DNA of 53,361 bases. It comes from Promethearchaeota archaeon (GTDB lineage Archaea; Asgardarchaeota; Lokiarchaeia; Sigyniarchaeales; SOKP01). How positions within the stretch are numbered: position 1 is the stretch's first letter; each line of letters begins with the position of its first letter. Below the pieces are notes generated by a model, which was not told the DNA's origin, ran no database searches, and was given only the letters and a program-made list of their open reading frames with translations. The position numbers and the translations under genes are program-made. Below are positions 7,879-17,754 of this stretch, piece by piece. The DNA lies in contig JAUWZR010000002.1 of NCBI GenBank assembly GCA_030615235.1, positions 1 through 53,361 on the forward strand. The letters are read 5' to 3'.

Positions 7879-8760
7879 ATGGGTAAGATTTTATTAGAAA
7901 ATTTGGATTTTGAGAAGCACCATGGCTTAGGTAACGATTATATAATAATTAATAATCTTAAATGGAATATTCCAGATGATAAAAAAGCAGATTTAGCAAT
8001 AAAATTATGTAAACACCATTTTTCAGTCGGAGCAGATGGAGTTTTATTTGTTTGTCATCCAAAATTGACTGAAGTGAGGATGAAAATGTTTAATCCCGAC
8101 GGCTCTCAAGCAGAAATGTGTGGAAATGGAGTAAGATGTTTTGCAAAATACATTTATGAAAATGATATATATGCGAAAGAAGAGATTGAAATTGAAACAC
8201 ATAAAGGTATCGTGGTCGCTAAACTTAAAGTTGTAAAAAATGAAGTTGAAACAGTAACTATTGATATGGGTCCTCCAGTTTTAGAATGTGAAAGCATTCC
8301 AGTAAATTTGGAGAGCCTTGTTAATCGTTGTGTAAACGAATCTATTGTGGTATTAGATAAGATTTTCAATTTCACGGCGGTATCAATGGGCAATCCTCAC
8401 GCGGTTATTTTTACAAGAAATGTCATAAACGATGAAAATTTAAAGAAATATGGAGTTGTAATTGAATCTAATAAAATTTTTCCTAAAAAAACTAATGTGG
8501 AATTTGTAAATGTGTTATCCAAAGAAGAAGCTGTTCTAAGAGTATTTGAAAGGGGTGTAGGAGTGACGAATTCCTGTGGAACGGGCTCTTGTGCTGCAGT
8601 GGTAGCGGGAACAATTTTAGGATTATTTAGTGAAAACATTCCAGTAACCGTACATAACGATGGAGGTGACTTGAAAATCACTTATAACGGTAAAACGGTA
8701 TTTATGGAAGGTCCCACTGTAAAAGTGTTTAAAGGAGTTATAGACAGAATTGAATTTTGA
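7879..8760 (+). CDS. dapF: Diaminopimelate epimerase
   Basis: Motifs HGLGNDYIII, EMCGNGVRCFAKY, SMGNPHAV and ERGVGVTNSCGTGSCA (two catalytic Cys contexts). Confidence 0.9.
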   Translation: MGKILLENLDFEKHHGLGNDYIIINNLKWNIPDDKKADLAIKLCKHHFSVGADGVLFVCHPKLTEVRMKMFNPDGSQAEMCGNGVRCFAKYIYENDIYAKEEIEIETHKGIVVAKLKVVKNEVETVTIDMGPPVLECESIPVNLESLVNRCVNESIVVLDKIFNFTAVSMGNPHAVIFTRNVINDENLKKYGVVIESNKIFPKKTNVEFVNVLSKEEAVLRVFERGVGVTNSCGTGSCAAVVAGTILGLFSENIPVTVHNDGGDLKITYNGKTVFMEGPTVKVFKGVIDRIEF

Positions 8761-8818
8761 TTTAATGTTGGTATAATATTATTATATTAATTGTAATGCT
8801 TAAGTTGAGGTAACGAAA

Positions 8819-10132
8819 GTGAACTATTCAGAATGGCTAAATGTGAAATCCTTAGAATATCGCGAAGATGTGCTTTATTTTGCAGGTAAAAATACACTCG
8901 AAATTTCTAAAGAATATGGTACACCTATTTATGTGATTAACGAAAATACAATACGAGAACGCTATAAAAGTTTAAAAATTCTACTTAATTCTGAATACGA
9001 GAATAACAGAATATATTATGCTGTTAAAGCAAACTCAAGTTTATCAATCTTAAAAATATTTCATTCAGAAGGGGCGTTCTTTGATTGTACATCTATGGGT
9101 GAAATATATACATGTTTTAAAGCGGATATATCTCCTGAAAGGATAATATATACTGGAAATATGTTCACTGATGAAGACTTTACATTCGCAGTTGAAAATA
9201 AAGTTCTAGTAAATCTTGACAGCGTAAGTCAATTAAAAAGATTAACGAAAATTCACGACCATCTTGGGAAGGAAAAAATAATAATTTCTTTTAGAATAAA
9301 CCCCGAGTTTGGTGCTGGACACCACATTCATACAATTACAGCAGGAAAAACGATTAAATTTGGTATCCTAGAGGAACAAGCGATCGAAGCGTTTAGCAAA
9401 GCAAAGGAAAATGGTTTTGAGAAGTTTGGAATTCATCAACATATTGGATCAGGAGTGTTGAACGCTCAAGATTTCAAAAAACCAGTAGAGAAATACATTA
9501 GCATCATCAAAAAAATTGCTAAGTCTCTCGAGATTAAATTTGAATTTATCGATTTTGGTGGCGGTATGGGTATTCCTTATCGTCCCTTAGAGGAACCTTT
9601 AGATTTTGATATTTACAAAGAAGTGGTAATAAAACCCTTTAAACAATTGATAAATTCTGAGGATCTTGGCGAACCTATTTTTAAAATTGAACCCGGGAGG
9701 TATTTAACTGCGGAGTCAAGCATTCTTTTAACGCAAATAAACACGATCAAAAACAATGGATATAAATTATTTGCGGGAGTTGATGCTGGGTTTAACACAT
9801 TGTTAAGACCTACTTTATACAATTCCTATCATCATATAATATCGTGTAATAAGAAAAGTAAAGAATCAACATTAATTTATGATATCACGGGGCCAATCTG
9901 CGAGTCTGGTGATATACTCGGCAAGAATAGAGAATTAAATAAGTTAGAAGAGAAGGATGTACTTGCAATTCTAGATGTGGGTGCATATGGCTTTACGATG
10001 AGCAGTAATTATAATTCTAGACCCAGATCCTCTGAAATTTTAATCAATAATGGAAAAATTTTTAAAATTAGAGAAGCTGAGAGTCTTGATGACTTACTAA
10101 AACTACAAATTATACCAGATCACTTAAAGTAA
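8819..10132 (+). CDS. lysA: Diaminopimelate decarboxylase (PLP-dependent, fold type III)
   Basis: YYAVKANS (PLP Lys), HQHIGSG, DFGGGMGIPY, EPGRYL, GPICESGD and DVGAYG. GTG start. It is adjacent to dapF. Confidence 0.9.
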   Translation: MNYSEWLNVKSLEYREDVLYFAGKNTLEISKEYGTPIYVINENTIRERYKSLKILLNSEYENNRIYYAVKANSSLSILKIFHSEGAFFDCTSMGEIYTCFKADISPERIIYTGNMFTDEDFTFAVENKVLVNLDSVSQLKRLTKIHDHLGKEKIIISFRINPEFGAGHHIHTITAGKTIKFGILEEQAIEAFSKAKENGFEKFGIHQHIGSGVLNAQDFKKPVEKYISIIKKIAKSLEIKFEFIDFGGGMGIPYRPLEEPLDFDIYKEVVIKPFKQLINSEDLGEPIFKIEPGRYLTAESSILLTQINTIKNNGYKLFAGVDAGFNTLLRPTLYNSYHHIISCNKKSKESTLIYDITGPICESGDILGKNRELNKLEEKDVLAILDVGAYGFTMSSNYNSRPRSSEILINNGKIFKIREAESLDDLLKLQIIPDHLK

Positions 10133-10334
10133 AAAAAAGTAGTTAATTTTCATGTAAAAGAATAAAAATTTTAATGCTTTTTTCTATTATGAGATAAAAT
10201 TATAAAAAAGGAAGCTTTAAGGACTGGATACCCTTTAGACCTTCTAAATGAAGAGTTGGCAATATGAAATCTGTATAATGTGGATTGATGATAAGACTGA
10301 TCTGCTCTGATCTTTTATAATTTTATCTCTATTT

Positions 10335-10670
10335 TTGAAGAAAACTATAAATCAGCAAATTTCTTCAATAAATTTAATGAAACAAATGCAAATATCTAGC
10401 AATTTAGTTAATAGGGGAATTTATTTTACATATTCAATAATATTGATTGGGATATCGTTAGTAATTGGCTGTTCTTTATTCTACATGATTAAAATTAACT
10501 CAACTCCGATTGATATCTTGCCTTATGTAATTCATAGCAGACCGTCTATTTTTGATTGGGTTTATGATTTGATGACTTTGGGGATAGTTCTTACAATCTT
10601 TGGATTTATCTCATTAACTTATATAATAATCTTTAAAAAAGATTATAAGAAAGACAACAAGTCTTTTTAA
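10335..10670 (+). CDS. Small hypothetical membrane protein (2 predicted TM helices)
   Basis: Hydrophobic segments IYFTYSIILIGISLVIGCSLFYMI and LMTLGIVLTIFGFISLTYIIIF. TTG start. I recognise no homology. Confidence 0.35.
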   Translation: MKKTINQQISSINLMKQMQISSNLVNRGIYFTYSIILIGISLVIGCSLFYMIKINSTPIDILPYVIHSRPSIFDWVYDLMTLGIVLTIFGFISLTYIIIFKKDYKKDNKSF

Positions 10671-10709
10671 TTTCTATAATTGTTCCTCAAGATTTTTCTT
10701 ATAGAAGAA

Positions 10710-11531
10710 TTATAGACCTAATATATCATTCGTGCTAAATATTTTATTTTCTTTAGCTTCAGCAATAAATTTGATAGCCTTAATAGCTCCTGTAGCAAAA
10801 CATGTTCTGCTATGAGCTTGATGCTTTAACTCAATTCTTTCCCCTGGTCCTGCAAATAAAACAGTATGATCGCCAACTATATCACCACCCCTAATTGAAT
10901 GAATCCCTATTTCGTTATTTGCTCCAACTAAGCGTTTATTGGGACCTTTATTGCGTCCAAACTTAGCTATTGTATTTAGATCAGAATCAAGGGCGTTACT
11001 TATAACTTCTCCAATTTTCAAGGCAGTACCACTAGGTGAATCTATTTTTCTATGATGGTGTGCTTCAATTATTTCAATATCCCATTCATTTAAATAGTTC
11101 GTTAAGATTTCAGCAATTTTAAACAGAACATTTACTCCAGTTGCCATATTTGGTGATATTATCGAAGGGGCATTATGCTTCTTTACGAGTTCTTCAAAAT
11201 CCTCCAAAAATTCTTTCGACATGGCAGTTGTTCCAATTACACATCTTATTCCATTTTCAACACAAATTTTACAGTTTTCTTCTGTTGCACTCGCGACTGT
11301 GAAATCTACAACCACATCTGGATTAGTGTCATTAATGATTTCTTGAAGGTGCTGCACATCTTTGATCTTTATATTGTCAGGGTTAGGAGTTGCTAACATG
11401 GATCCTAGATCTTCACCTATGTGCGCTAGATCACACGCTGCTACTACCTTAATTTCATCATCGGTCAACGCTAATGAGGAAATTAATCTTCCCGTTGATC
11501 CAGAAGGACCTAATATTAATAATCTTATCAT
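10710..11531 (-). CDS. dapB: 4-hydroxy-tetrahydrodipicolinate reductase
   Basis: N-terminal Rossmann motif ILGPSGSTGR and the signature IEIIEAHHHRKIDSPSGTALK. It lies downstream of dapA on the same strand. Confidence 0.9.
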   Translation of the reverse strand: MIRLLILGPSGSTGRLISSLALTDDEIKVVAACDLAHIGEDLGSMLATPNPDNIKIKDVQHLQEIINDTNPDVVVDFTVASATEENCKICVENGIRCVIGTTAMSKEFLEDFEELVKKHNAPSIISPNMATGVNVLFKIAEILTNYLNEWDIEIIEAHHHRKIDSPSGTALKIGEVISNALDSDLNTIAKFGRNKGPNKRLVGANNEIGIHSIRGGDIVGDHTVLFAGPGERIELKHQAHSRTCFATGAIKAIKFIAEAKENKIFSTNDILGL

Positions 11532-11557
11532 TTTAATAACTCGATTATACTCTACAT

Positions 11558-12457
11558 TTAGATTAAATTTAAATTTCTCAATACTGCCTTTATTTTTTCT
11601 TGATTTTCTTCCAAAGGTGGCGTTAAAGGTAATCTCATTCTTTTATTCATTATACCCATCAATTCAGCGGAAAGTTTAACTGGACCGGGATTGGTTTCCA
11701 CAAATAATATTTTGAAAAGATCAAAAAGCTCTAATTGTATTTCCCTCGCTCGGTCCCATTTTCCATTAAGCATAGTGTTTGTGAAATCCACTAACTTAGC
11801 AGGTATAATATTTGACGCTACGCTTACAACACCTTTACCACCTAGAGCCATTATATGGAATGTCATTCCATCATCACCACTAAGTACTATGAAATCATCT
11901 GGCGTTGTTTTTACAATCTTCGTAATTTGATCTATGTTTCCGCTCGCACATTTAATCCCGGCGATGTTATCTTTTGAATAAGCTAGTTTGGATACAGTTT
12001 CAGGTTCCAGATTACGTCCAGTTCGGCTGGGAACATTATAAAGAATTATTGGTAAGGAAATAGAATCTGCTACTGCGGAAAAATGATCGATCAATGAATG
12101 TTGAACAGGTTTATTATAATATGGTACAACTACTAAACATCCGTCTGCACCTGCATTTTCAGCATATTGACAAAGAGAAATTGCTTCTTTAGTTGAATTG
12201 CTCCCAGCACCCACCAAAATAAAGGGATCTTTTCCGCTCTTTTTACCCTCATCAATGGTAATATCCATCGCAATATGGTGTTCTTCGTGAGAGAGGGTTG
12301 CGGATTCTCCCGTAGTGCCCATAGTTAGTGGTTGACAGCCATTTTGTATTTGAAATCTGATGAATTCACGATATTTTTGCTCGTCGATAGTTAAATCTTC
12401 TTTAAAAGGAGTAATCATTGCCGTAATTACATTTTGTAACTTATCTAATTTTTTCAT
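11558..12457 (-). CDS. dapA: 4-hydroxy-tetrahydrodipicolinate synthase
   Basis: GTTGESATLS, VPYYNKP, ILYNVPSRTG and GIKCASGN (Schiff-base Lys context). Confidence 0.9.
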   Translation of the reverse strand: MKKLDKLQNVITAMITPFKEDLTIDEQKYREFIRFQIQNGCQPLTMGTTGESATLSHEEHHIAMDITIDEGKKSGKDPFILVGAGSNSTKEAISLCQYAENAGADGCLVVVPYYNKPVQHSLIDHFSAVADSISLPIILYNVPSRTGRNLEPETVSKLAYSKDNIAGIKCASGNIDQITKIVKTTPDDFIVLSGDDGMTFHIMALGGKGVVSVASNIIPAKLVDFTNTMLNGKWDRAREIQLELFDLFKILFVETNPGPVKLSAELMGIMNKRMRLPLTPPLEENQEKIKAVLRNLNLI

Positions 12458-12707
12458 ATCTTGTCACTTAATTCCCTATTTCTGTAGATGTTTTTTATTA
12501 GGAACATATAAACAAAAAATATTGATTAAAACATAATTAGTAAATTACATTTATAAGGATTATTGCTAAACTAGTCATAAATTACGCTCTGTATAGCAAT
12601 TCAGTCTACATATACTAATAGTTCAACCATAGCGAAAGCGCTGAAATTTAAGAATAAAATTAAATAAGAAGTTAGTTATGATTTTTTTATAAAATTCAAT
12701 TTTAACT

Positions 12708-13736
12708 ATGAAGATTGATTATTTAGATAAGTTCACGGGAACATTATTGGGAGTATGCATTGGAGACACTTTAGGGCATCCTTTTGAAGGGGTGCTTAGG
12801 GAGCGAATATACTCCCACTTTAGTGACTTTAAAGAATTTATAACGAGCAATAAAAAGTTATTTAATACTTATACTGATGACACTCAATTAACGTTGCATA
12901 CAGCAAAAGCGCTTATTCAAGGATCTGGTTTCAATGTAGACTATTTTATTAGAGAATATGTCGAATGGCTTGAAGATCCCCCCATTGGTCCCGGGTATGG
13001 ATGTATATCGTCGATTCAAAAACTAAAATACGGAATTTCGTGGAAAAAAGCAGCTTCAAACTCAGGAGGTAACGGTACAGCGATGAGAGTTTCACCCATT
13101 GGATTATTTTACAATAAAGATACAAAAAATCTAAAGAATTTTGCATTACAATCAAGTATTATTACTCATTCTCATCCAGCAGCTTCTGCAGGGGCGATAG
13201 TAGTTGCAAGAGCGATTGCTTTTTTAATAGATAAAACAATAGAAACAGAGTTCTCAGTAGATGAATTTTTTGATGTCATTATTTCTTCTATCTCTAATTC
13301 GAGAGAAGAAATATGGGATGAATTTATAGAGATTTTGAATAAAATAAGGAATAGTCTTAACATTGCGTTAACAGCTGGGTTAATCAAATTCTCTCAGGCG
13401 GGCGTAAAATCGCCTTATTTTATCGAGGATTATCTAGGTAAAGCGTTTGTTCACCCATATACTCTGAGCACAGTAGCCTGCGCAATCTTCATCTTTTTAA
13501 AAAATCTGAATTCATTTGAAGAGTGTATTTTCCAATTAGCGACTGCTGGCGGTGATAGTGATACTGTGGGGGCTATAGGGGGTAGTTTAGCAGGAGCTTA
13601 TTTCGGTAGAGGAAATATACCCAGTGATTTGATACAATTAGTAAGAGGTTATAAAGACATCCTTAAAATTAGCGAAGAGCTATGGTTAAAATTCAAAGAG
13701 AGAGATATAACAAAATCTACTCAAAACTATCTATAA
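12708..13736 (+). CDS. ADP-ribosylglycohydrolase family protein
   Basis: GTLLGVCIGDTLGHPFEG, YTDDTQLTL, GNGTAMR and TAGGDSDTVGAIGGSLAGAYFG are typical family motifs. Confidence 0.8.
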   Translation: MKIDYLDKFTGTLLGVCIGDTLGHPFEGVLRERIYSHFSDFKEFITSNKKLFNTYTDDTQLTLHTAKALIQGSGFNVDYFIREYVEWLEDPPIGPGYGCISSIQKLKYGISWKKAASNSGGNGTAMRVSPIGLFYNKDTKNLKNFALQSSIITHSHPAASAGAIVVARAIAFLIDKTIETEFSVDEFFDVIISSISNSREEIWDEFIEILNKIRNSLNIALTAGLIKFSQAGVKSPYFIEDYLGKAFVHPYTLSTVACAIFIFLKNLNSFEECIFQLATAGGDSDTVGAIGGSLAGAYFGRGNIPSDLIQLVRGYKDILKISEELWLKFKERDITKSTQNYL

Positions 13737-14286
13737 TGATGTCCATTCTATTAGCACATTCTTCGCAAAATTTTGGCGGTTTTTGATCGGTGTCTTCTAA
13801 ATCATTTGAGAATTTCATTACGCAGAAATTTGTGCAATGCTTCAATCCAAATGTATGACCTAGCTCGTGAATTGCCTCTTTAAGGATTCTCAACTCAAAA
13901 AGAGCTACATTTTCAGTTCTTCTATAAAATTCCTCTCTTAAGCGGGTAACTGAAATTAAAGCGCTCCCAAAGCTCTTGTTCTTAGGCAGGTCGGCAACAC
14001 CAAAAACAAAGTTTAAAAATTTAGAAAAAATATCAACATCCAAAACACCCAGGACACGATTATATCCATTAATAATAACGGCCTTAATTAATCTTCTTTT
14101 TACCTTTAAAGCGTCATATTGTCTTTTAAAAGAATCATAATCAGATTCTAATAAAGGAAGTGGGTCGGGAAGATTAACAATTTTGAATCCGTATTTTTTA
14201 AAGAACCACTTTAAATCTTTTTTTAATACAATTAATATCCCAGGATCAATATCTCCAATTCTCTGTAAGTAAATTATTTTCTTCAT
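13717..14286 (-). CDS. amzA: Archaemetzincin (zinc metallopeptidase)
   Basis: HELGHTFGLKHC followed by the Cys cluster CVMKF...FCEECANR. Size is about 190 aa. Its 3' end overlaps the convergent gene by 20 nt. Confidence 0.85.
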   Translation of the reverse strand: MKKIIYLQRIGDIDPGILIVLKKDLKWFFKKYGFKIVNLPDPLPLLESDYDSFKRQYDALKVKRRLIKAVIINGYNRVLGVLDVDIFSKFLNFVFGVADLPKNKSFGSALISVTRLREEFYRRTENVALFELRILKEAIHELGHTFGLKHCTNFCVMKFSNDLEDTDQKPPKFCEECANRMDIIIDSFE

Positions 14287-14487
14287 TTCAAAACTAAGTG
14301 TAAGAGGTTCCCTAAGGAATTTAAATACAAACTACTTTATTAGATTTAACAAAAACTACTAATAGATGGAACAAAGAAATAAAAAAATTAAAAATCGAAA
14401 AAATATTTGTATCTTTATTATTGATATTTTATGATCTTATTTATCATTACGAAAACATAAATTATCAATTTCCTCCACAGATTAAAT

Positions 14488-14561
14488 GGGAGGGTGGTCT
14501 AGCTTGGTATGATTCCTGGTTTGGGACCAGGTGGCCGGGGGTTCGAATCCCCCCTCTCCCA
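14488..14561 (+). tRNA. tRNA-Pro (anticodon UGG), CCA not encoded
   Basis: Folded by hand. Acceptor stem GGGAGGG/CTCTCCC (one G-U pair), anticodon stem CCTGG/CCAGG with loop TTTGGGA (anticodon TGG, G37), T arm GGGGG-TTCGAAT-CCCCC, discriminator A, then a T-rich tract. Confidence 0.9.
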
Positions 14562-14644
14562 TTTTTACGATTTCTCTTAATTGAATTAGTTAAGCGACAT
14601 TAACATTAAAAAAAATAGGTAAATGACTCATAAATTAAAGAAAG

Positions 14645-14932
14645 TTAAATTTGTGTATATTCTTCAACATCAACAGATTGATTACTATTGAAGTAAATAT
14701 CTGGAATTAATTCTTGAACTGTTGTAAGAAGAGATAACATTATTGCGGGATTATCTGAAGTAATTTTGTAGTATATATGATGCCCTATTCTCTTTTTTAC
14801 TTGAATCTGTTCTTTAAAGAACTGTATTAACTGCTGGACATCTTCTTTAAACGCTTTATTTTTTTCAATCCAGACAAAAATTTGCTTTTTTTTCGTTTTA
14901 TTATTCGATTTTATTTTTAATTTTAGTATCAT
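14645..14932 (-). CDS. Hypothetical protein (95 aa)
   Basis: ORF only, with a lysine-rich N-terminus. No recognisable motifs. Confidence 0.3.
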   Translation of the reverse strand: MILKLKIKSNNKTKKKQIFVWIEKNKAFKEDVQQLIQFFKEQIQVKKRIGHHIYYKITSDNPAIMLSLLTTVQELIPDIYFNSNQSVDVEEYTQI

Positions 14933-15072
14933 GGCAATCGATATGTTAATTTATTTCAATTTTTCTTTTATGAATTAACCATACATCTAACTCTAATTAT
15001 AAAAACGAGGATATTTTTAATTTCAATAAAAATACTTCAAATTTTAATAAGAAGGGCAAAAAAGAACGGAAT

Positions 15073-15408
15073 TTATTTGCCAAAAAATGGTTTTAATTGA
15101 TATTTTTCACATAAACCTTCGATAGCAATATCAAATCTCTCAGAAATGTTTAGGTATTGATTACCCCATCCACTTGACAGGGAGATTTCTTGAAAATCTG
15201 ATGTAGGCGCAAATAGAAGGATAAGGTCTTTAACTTTTGAAAAATCTCTGAGTTTTAATTTTTGGATATGAGCATCTATTTCAATAATCAATTCATCTTT
15301 ACTGTCAAATATTGACCAAGAAATGTTGGTTCTTGGTTCTAGAATTAATTTTTTAACTGTTTCCAGTATTTCAATTAGAACTGTTTCATTATTGTCGATG
15401 TTTTCCAA
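15073..15408 (-). CDS. Hypothetical protein (111 aa)
   Basis: ORF only, acidic and soluble. No recognisable motifs. Confidence 0.35.
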   Translation of the reverse strand: MENIDNNETVLIEILETVKKLILEPRTNISWSIFDSKDELIIEIDAHIQKLKLRDFSKVKDLILLFAPTSDFQEISLSSGWGNQYLNISERFDIAIEGLCEKYQLKPFFGK

Positions 15409-15465
15409 TCTATTTTCACTCAGGTATTTATCAAAACTGTCTCTGAACTTAACATCTCAAACTCT

Positions 15466-15720
15466 TCATCTAATCCTTTTTAATTCGATTTTGACAACAT
15501 TAGATCGATCCGGACATTCTAATTCAACTATATCTGGATTCTGTGACCAAGGAAATGTGCCACCAAATTGCAATGTTATAATAGAGGGAAAAATGTCGTG
15601 ATAAAAGAAGCCACACAATCCTCCAGAGTCGTGTCCACTCAATTCGATTATATCTCCTTTTTTATGTTTTGCGGTACATCGACCTTTAACATCTTTTATC
15701 GTGCCTACTATTTTATACAT
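15466..15720 (-). CDS. Small Cys/His protein, possibly TIGR04076-family
   Basis: 84 aa with GRCTAKHKKGD...GGLCGFFYHDIFP...GGTFPW...ELECPD. This resembles my recollection of the TIGR04076 family. It lies immediately downstream of the polyferredoxin. Confidence 0.4.
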   Translation of the reverse strand: MYKIVGTIKDVKGRCTAKHKKGDIIELSGHDSGGLCGFFYHDIFPSIITLQFGGTFPWSQNPDIVELECPDRSNVVKIELKRIR

Positions 15721-15756
15721 TTTTCTCTCGTTTTCACCTATGATTAAACACCTTAA

Positions 15757-16851
15757 TTAATTTTGGATTTTTTTTTTTAATTCTTTGAGAATGTTATCTA
15801 CTTTTTTATCCTTAATCCAATATCTTATTTTGGAGGATTGTAATAGAGATTGAATTTTACCATTAAGCTCTTTTAATTTTTGTTTATCCTCTTCAGATAG
15901 TTGAGGAATTTCTTCAATTTTTGACGCTCTAATCTTTTTTATATGTTCTTCTATAGAGGGGATATCTACTTGCTCCTTTCCTTCAATAAGAGCTTTCCTT
16001 AATACTTCTTTAATATTCTTAACCCAACCTTCTATCCAAGGATATGGCTCACTTTTTTTCGGATTTCTAATTTGAATTTTTTTCCTCTTAATGATAATTA
16101 AATCGTCAGGACAAGAGTTTTCGCACGCTCCACAATAAAAACATTCTTTTTCATTACACGCAATTTTACCATATTTTAGGACTTCTTCGGCGCTCTCAGG
16201 GATGTAAAAAGATTCTACGGGGCAGATATTAACACAAGTTTTGCAATTTTCTGGAGAACATTTATGCAACATATTCTTTTTTATTATAATTTCTCCTTCG
16301 ATTGGGGAATCAATAGAAAAGCAGTTGGTAGGGCATTCTTTTGCAATTTTATAGTATTCAACTATATTATTTCTTTCACGTACATCTAAGCATCGCTGAC
16401 AAGTCTCATTTTCTTGATCTTCAATGCAATTCTCAGAATCAATTTTATAAAATTTTTCGATAGAAGGAAATTCATCAAATGAAATATGTCCTCTTGGTTC
16501 GATATTATCGTGAAATGCGTCATTAGGACACACAATTACACAAAGCATGCAATAACAACATTTTTCATGATCAATTAGAAGTTTAGGATTACTTTTATCA
16601 ATTTTTTCTTGAGCGATATCTGAAATAGGTCCTAACTCTATCGCCTCGACTGGGCATACAAGCTTACATAAACTACAACCTATACATTTAGTAATGTCGT
16701 AAGTGAGTTTTTTTTTAACTTCTTTAAATTTCCAATTTAGAAATAATTGATTTGGATCAACTTCTAAACATTTTTCAATAATATCTTCATTATCTTGTGT
16801 TTTTTCTGATTTTAGACCTGAAGTAATATTTATCAGTCCTTCAATAAACAT
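15757..16851 (-). CDS. Polyferredoxin-like protein with multiple 4Fe-4S binding motifs
   Basis: Repeated CxxCxxCxxxCP motifs: CIGCSLCKLVCP, CCYCMLCVIVCP, CKTCVNICP and CFYCGACENSCP. The C-terminal tail is charged and helical. Confidence 0.8.
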   Translation of the reverse strand: MFIEGLINITSGLKSEKTQDNEDIIEKCLEVDPNQLFLNWKFKEVKKKLTYDITKCIGCSLCKLVCPVEAIELGPISDIAQEKIDKSNPKLLIDHEKCCYCMLCVIVCPNDAFHDNIEPRGHISFDEFPSIEKFYKIDSENCIEDQENETCQRCLDVRERNNIVEYYKIAKECPTNCFSIDSPIEGEIIIKKNMLHKCSPENCKTCVNICPVESFYIPESAEEVLKYGKIACNEKECFYCGACENSCPDDLIIIKRKKIQIRNPKKSEPYPWIEGWVKNIKEVLRKALIEGKEQVDIPSIEEHIKKIRASKIEEIPQLSEEDKQKLKELNGKIQSLLQSSKIRYWIKDKKVDNILKELKKKIQN

Positions 16852-17195
16852 TAAATATATTTAATTATCGTATTGTATAATTTCAAATAAGATTAATTGT
16901 TATAAGTTAGATATAAAATTTTTATAATCTTTTAGTTGTTTAAATAAAAATGATCAATTTAAAATTCGAAATCAGTTAGAAACAAAATAATTTATTCATA
17001 ATATGAAAATTCGATTTTATATATTAGGAGATATATTAAAATATGCGAAGAATTGAAAATCTGGACAAGCCTTTAATAGTAAGTATGTATATGATGAATA
17101 AAAAAGTATGAGCTTTAAAAAGTTATAATTTTCAAATCATTTAAATTTCAATTTATGTTATATTGTGATTAAATCATATAAAAATAAATTTTAAA

Positions 17196-17507
17196 TTGAT
17201 AAAAATGTCTGCTAATTTGGAGATTTTTGCTTTCTATTATAATACTCCTGAAGACGAATCAAAAATATTACTTAGGCAAAATTTAAGTGATTCCTATGAA
17301 GAATTAAAAAAAATTGCTGAGAAATTTAAATTAATAGATGAAATTCCTTCTATGGAAACTATGCAGAATATTATAAATTCAAATTCGTTTTATAAAATAA
17401 CTATAGACAACAATTTTTTTATATACATCCAAAAAAGCGTTATTACATTTAATATTAAAACAGATTCAAAATTTTTTAAAATCGAAGGTAAAGTCGTAAA
17501 GAATTAA
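17196..17507 (+). CDS. Hypothetical protein (103 aa); the only plus-strand ORF in the island
   Basis: ORF only, with no motifs. Confidence 0.3.
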   Translation: MIKMSANLEIFAFYYNTPEDESKILLRQNLSDSYEELKKIAEKFKLIDEIPSMETMQNIINSNSFYKITIDNNFFIYIQKSVITFNIKTDSKFFKIEGKVVKN

Positions 17508-17754
17508 ATTATTTCATTGAGAAGTTTATTAAAGCTTTCATTTTTTTATTAAAGTCCCTATATTTACTAATAGTTTAATTTTTGGCATATTATCTACTCA
17601 TACAATATTTTTCTATTTTTAACTCTATTATAACCAGTTAATTTTCAATCTAAAGAAAATGTTCACTATCATTGAAATCTATTCAATTCAACAAAATCAT
17701 ATTTGATAATTTTAACCTAATTATAAATTAAAAACTCAATAATAGATAAAGAAC

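Noticed and set aside
10280-10315. C/D-box sRNA-like motifs (TGATGA at 10286, CTGA at 10297 and 10307) in the lysA downstream spacer
   Set aside because: The box spacing is too short for guide regions. There is no C'/D' pair and no terminal stem, so this is probably chance in AT-rich sequence.
11175-11679. Plus-strand ORFs 11175-11396 and 11362-11679
   Set aside because: They are antisense to the well-supported dapB/dapA genes and have no motifs.
12458-12707. Possible regulatory RNA (for example a lysine riboswitch) in the dapA upstream spacer
   Set aside because: Only a trivial 4-bp hairpin (agcg-aaag-cgct) is visible, with no conserved riboswitch core that I can recognise.
14421-14603. 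60-aa ORF in the track
   Set aside because: It is fully explained by the tRNA-Pro gene (14488-14561) that it overlaps. It has no independent coding signal.
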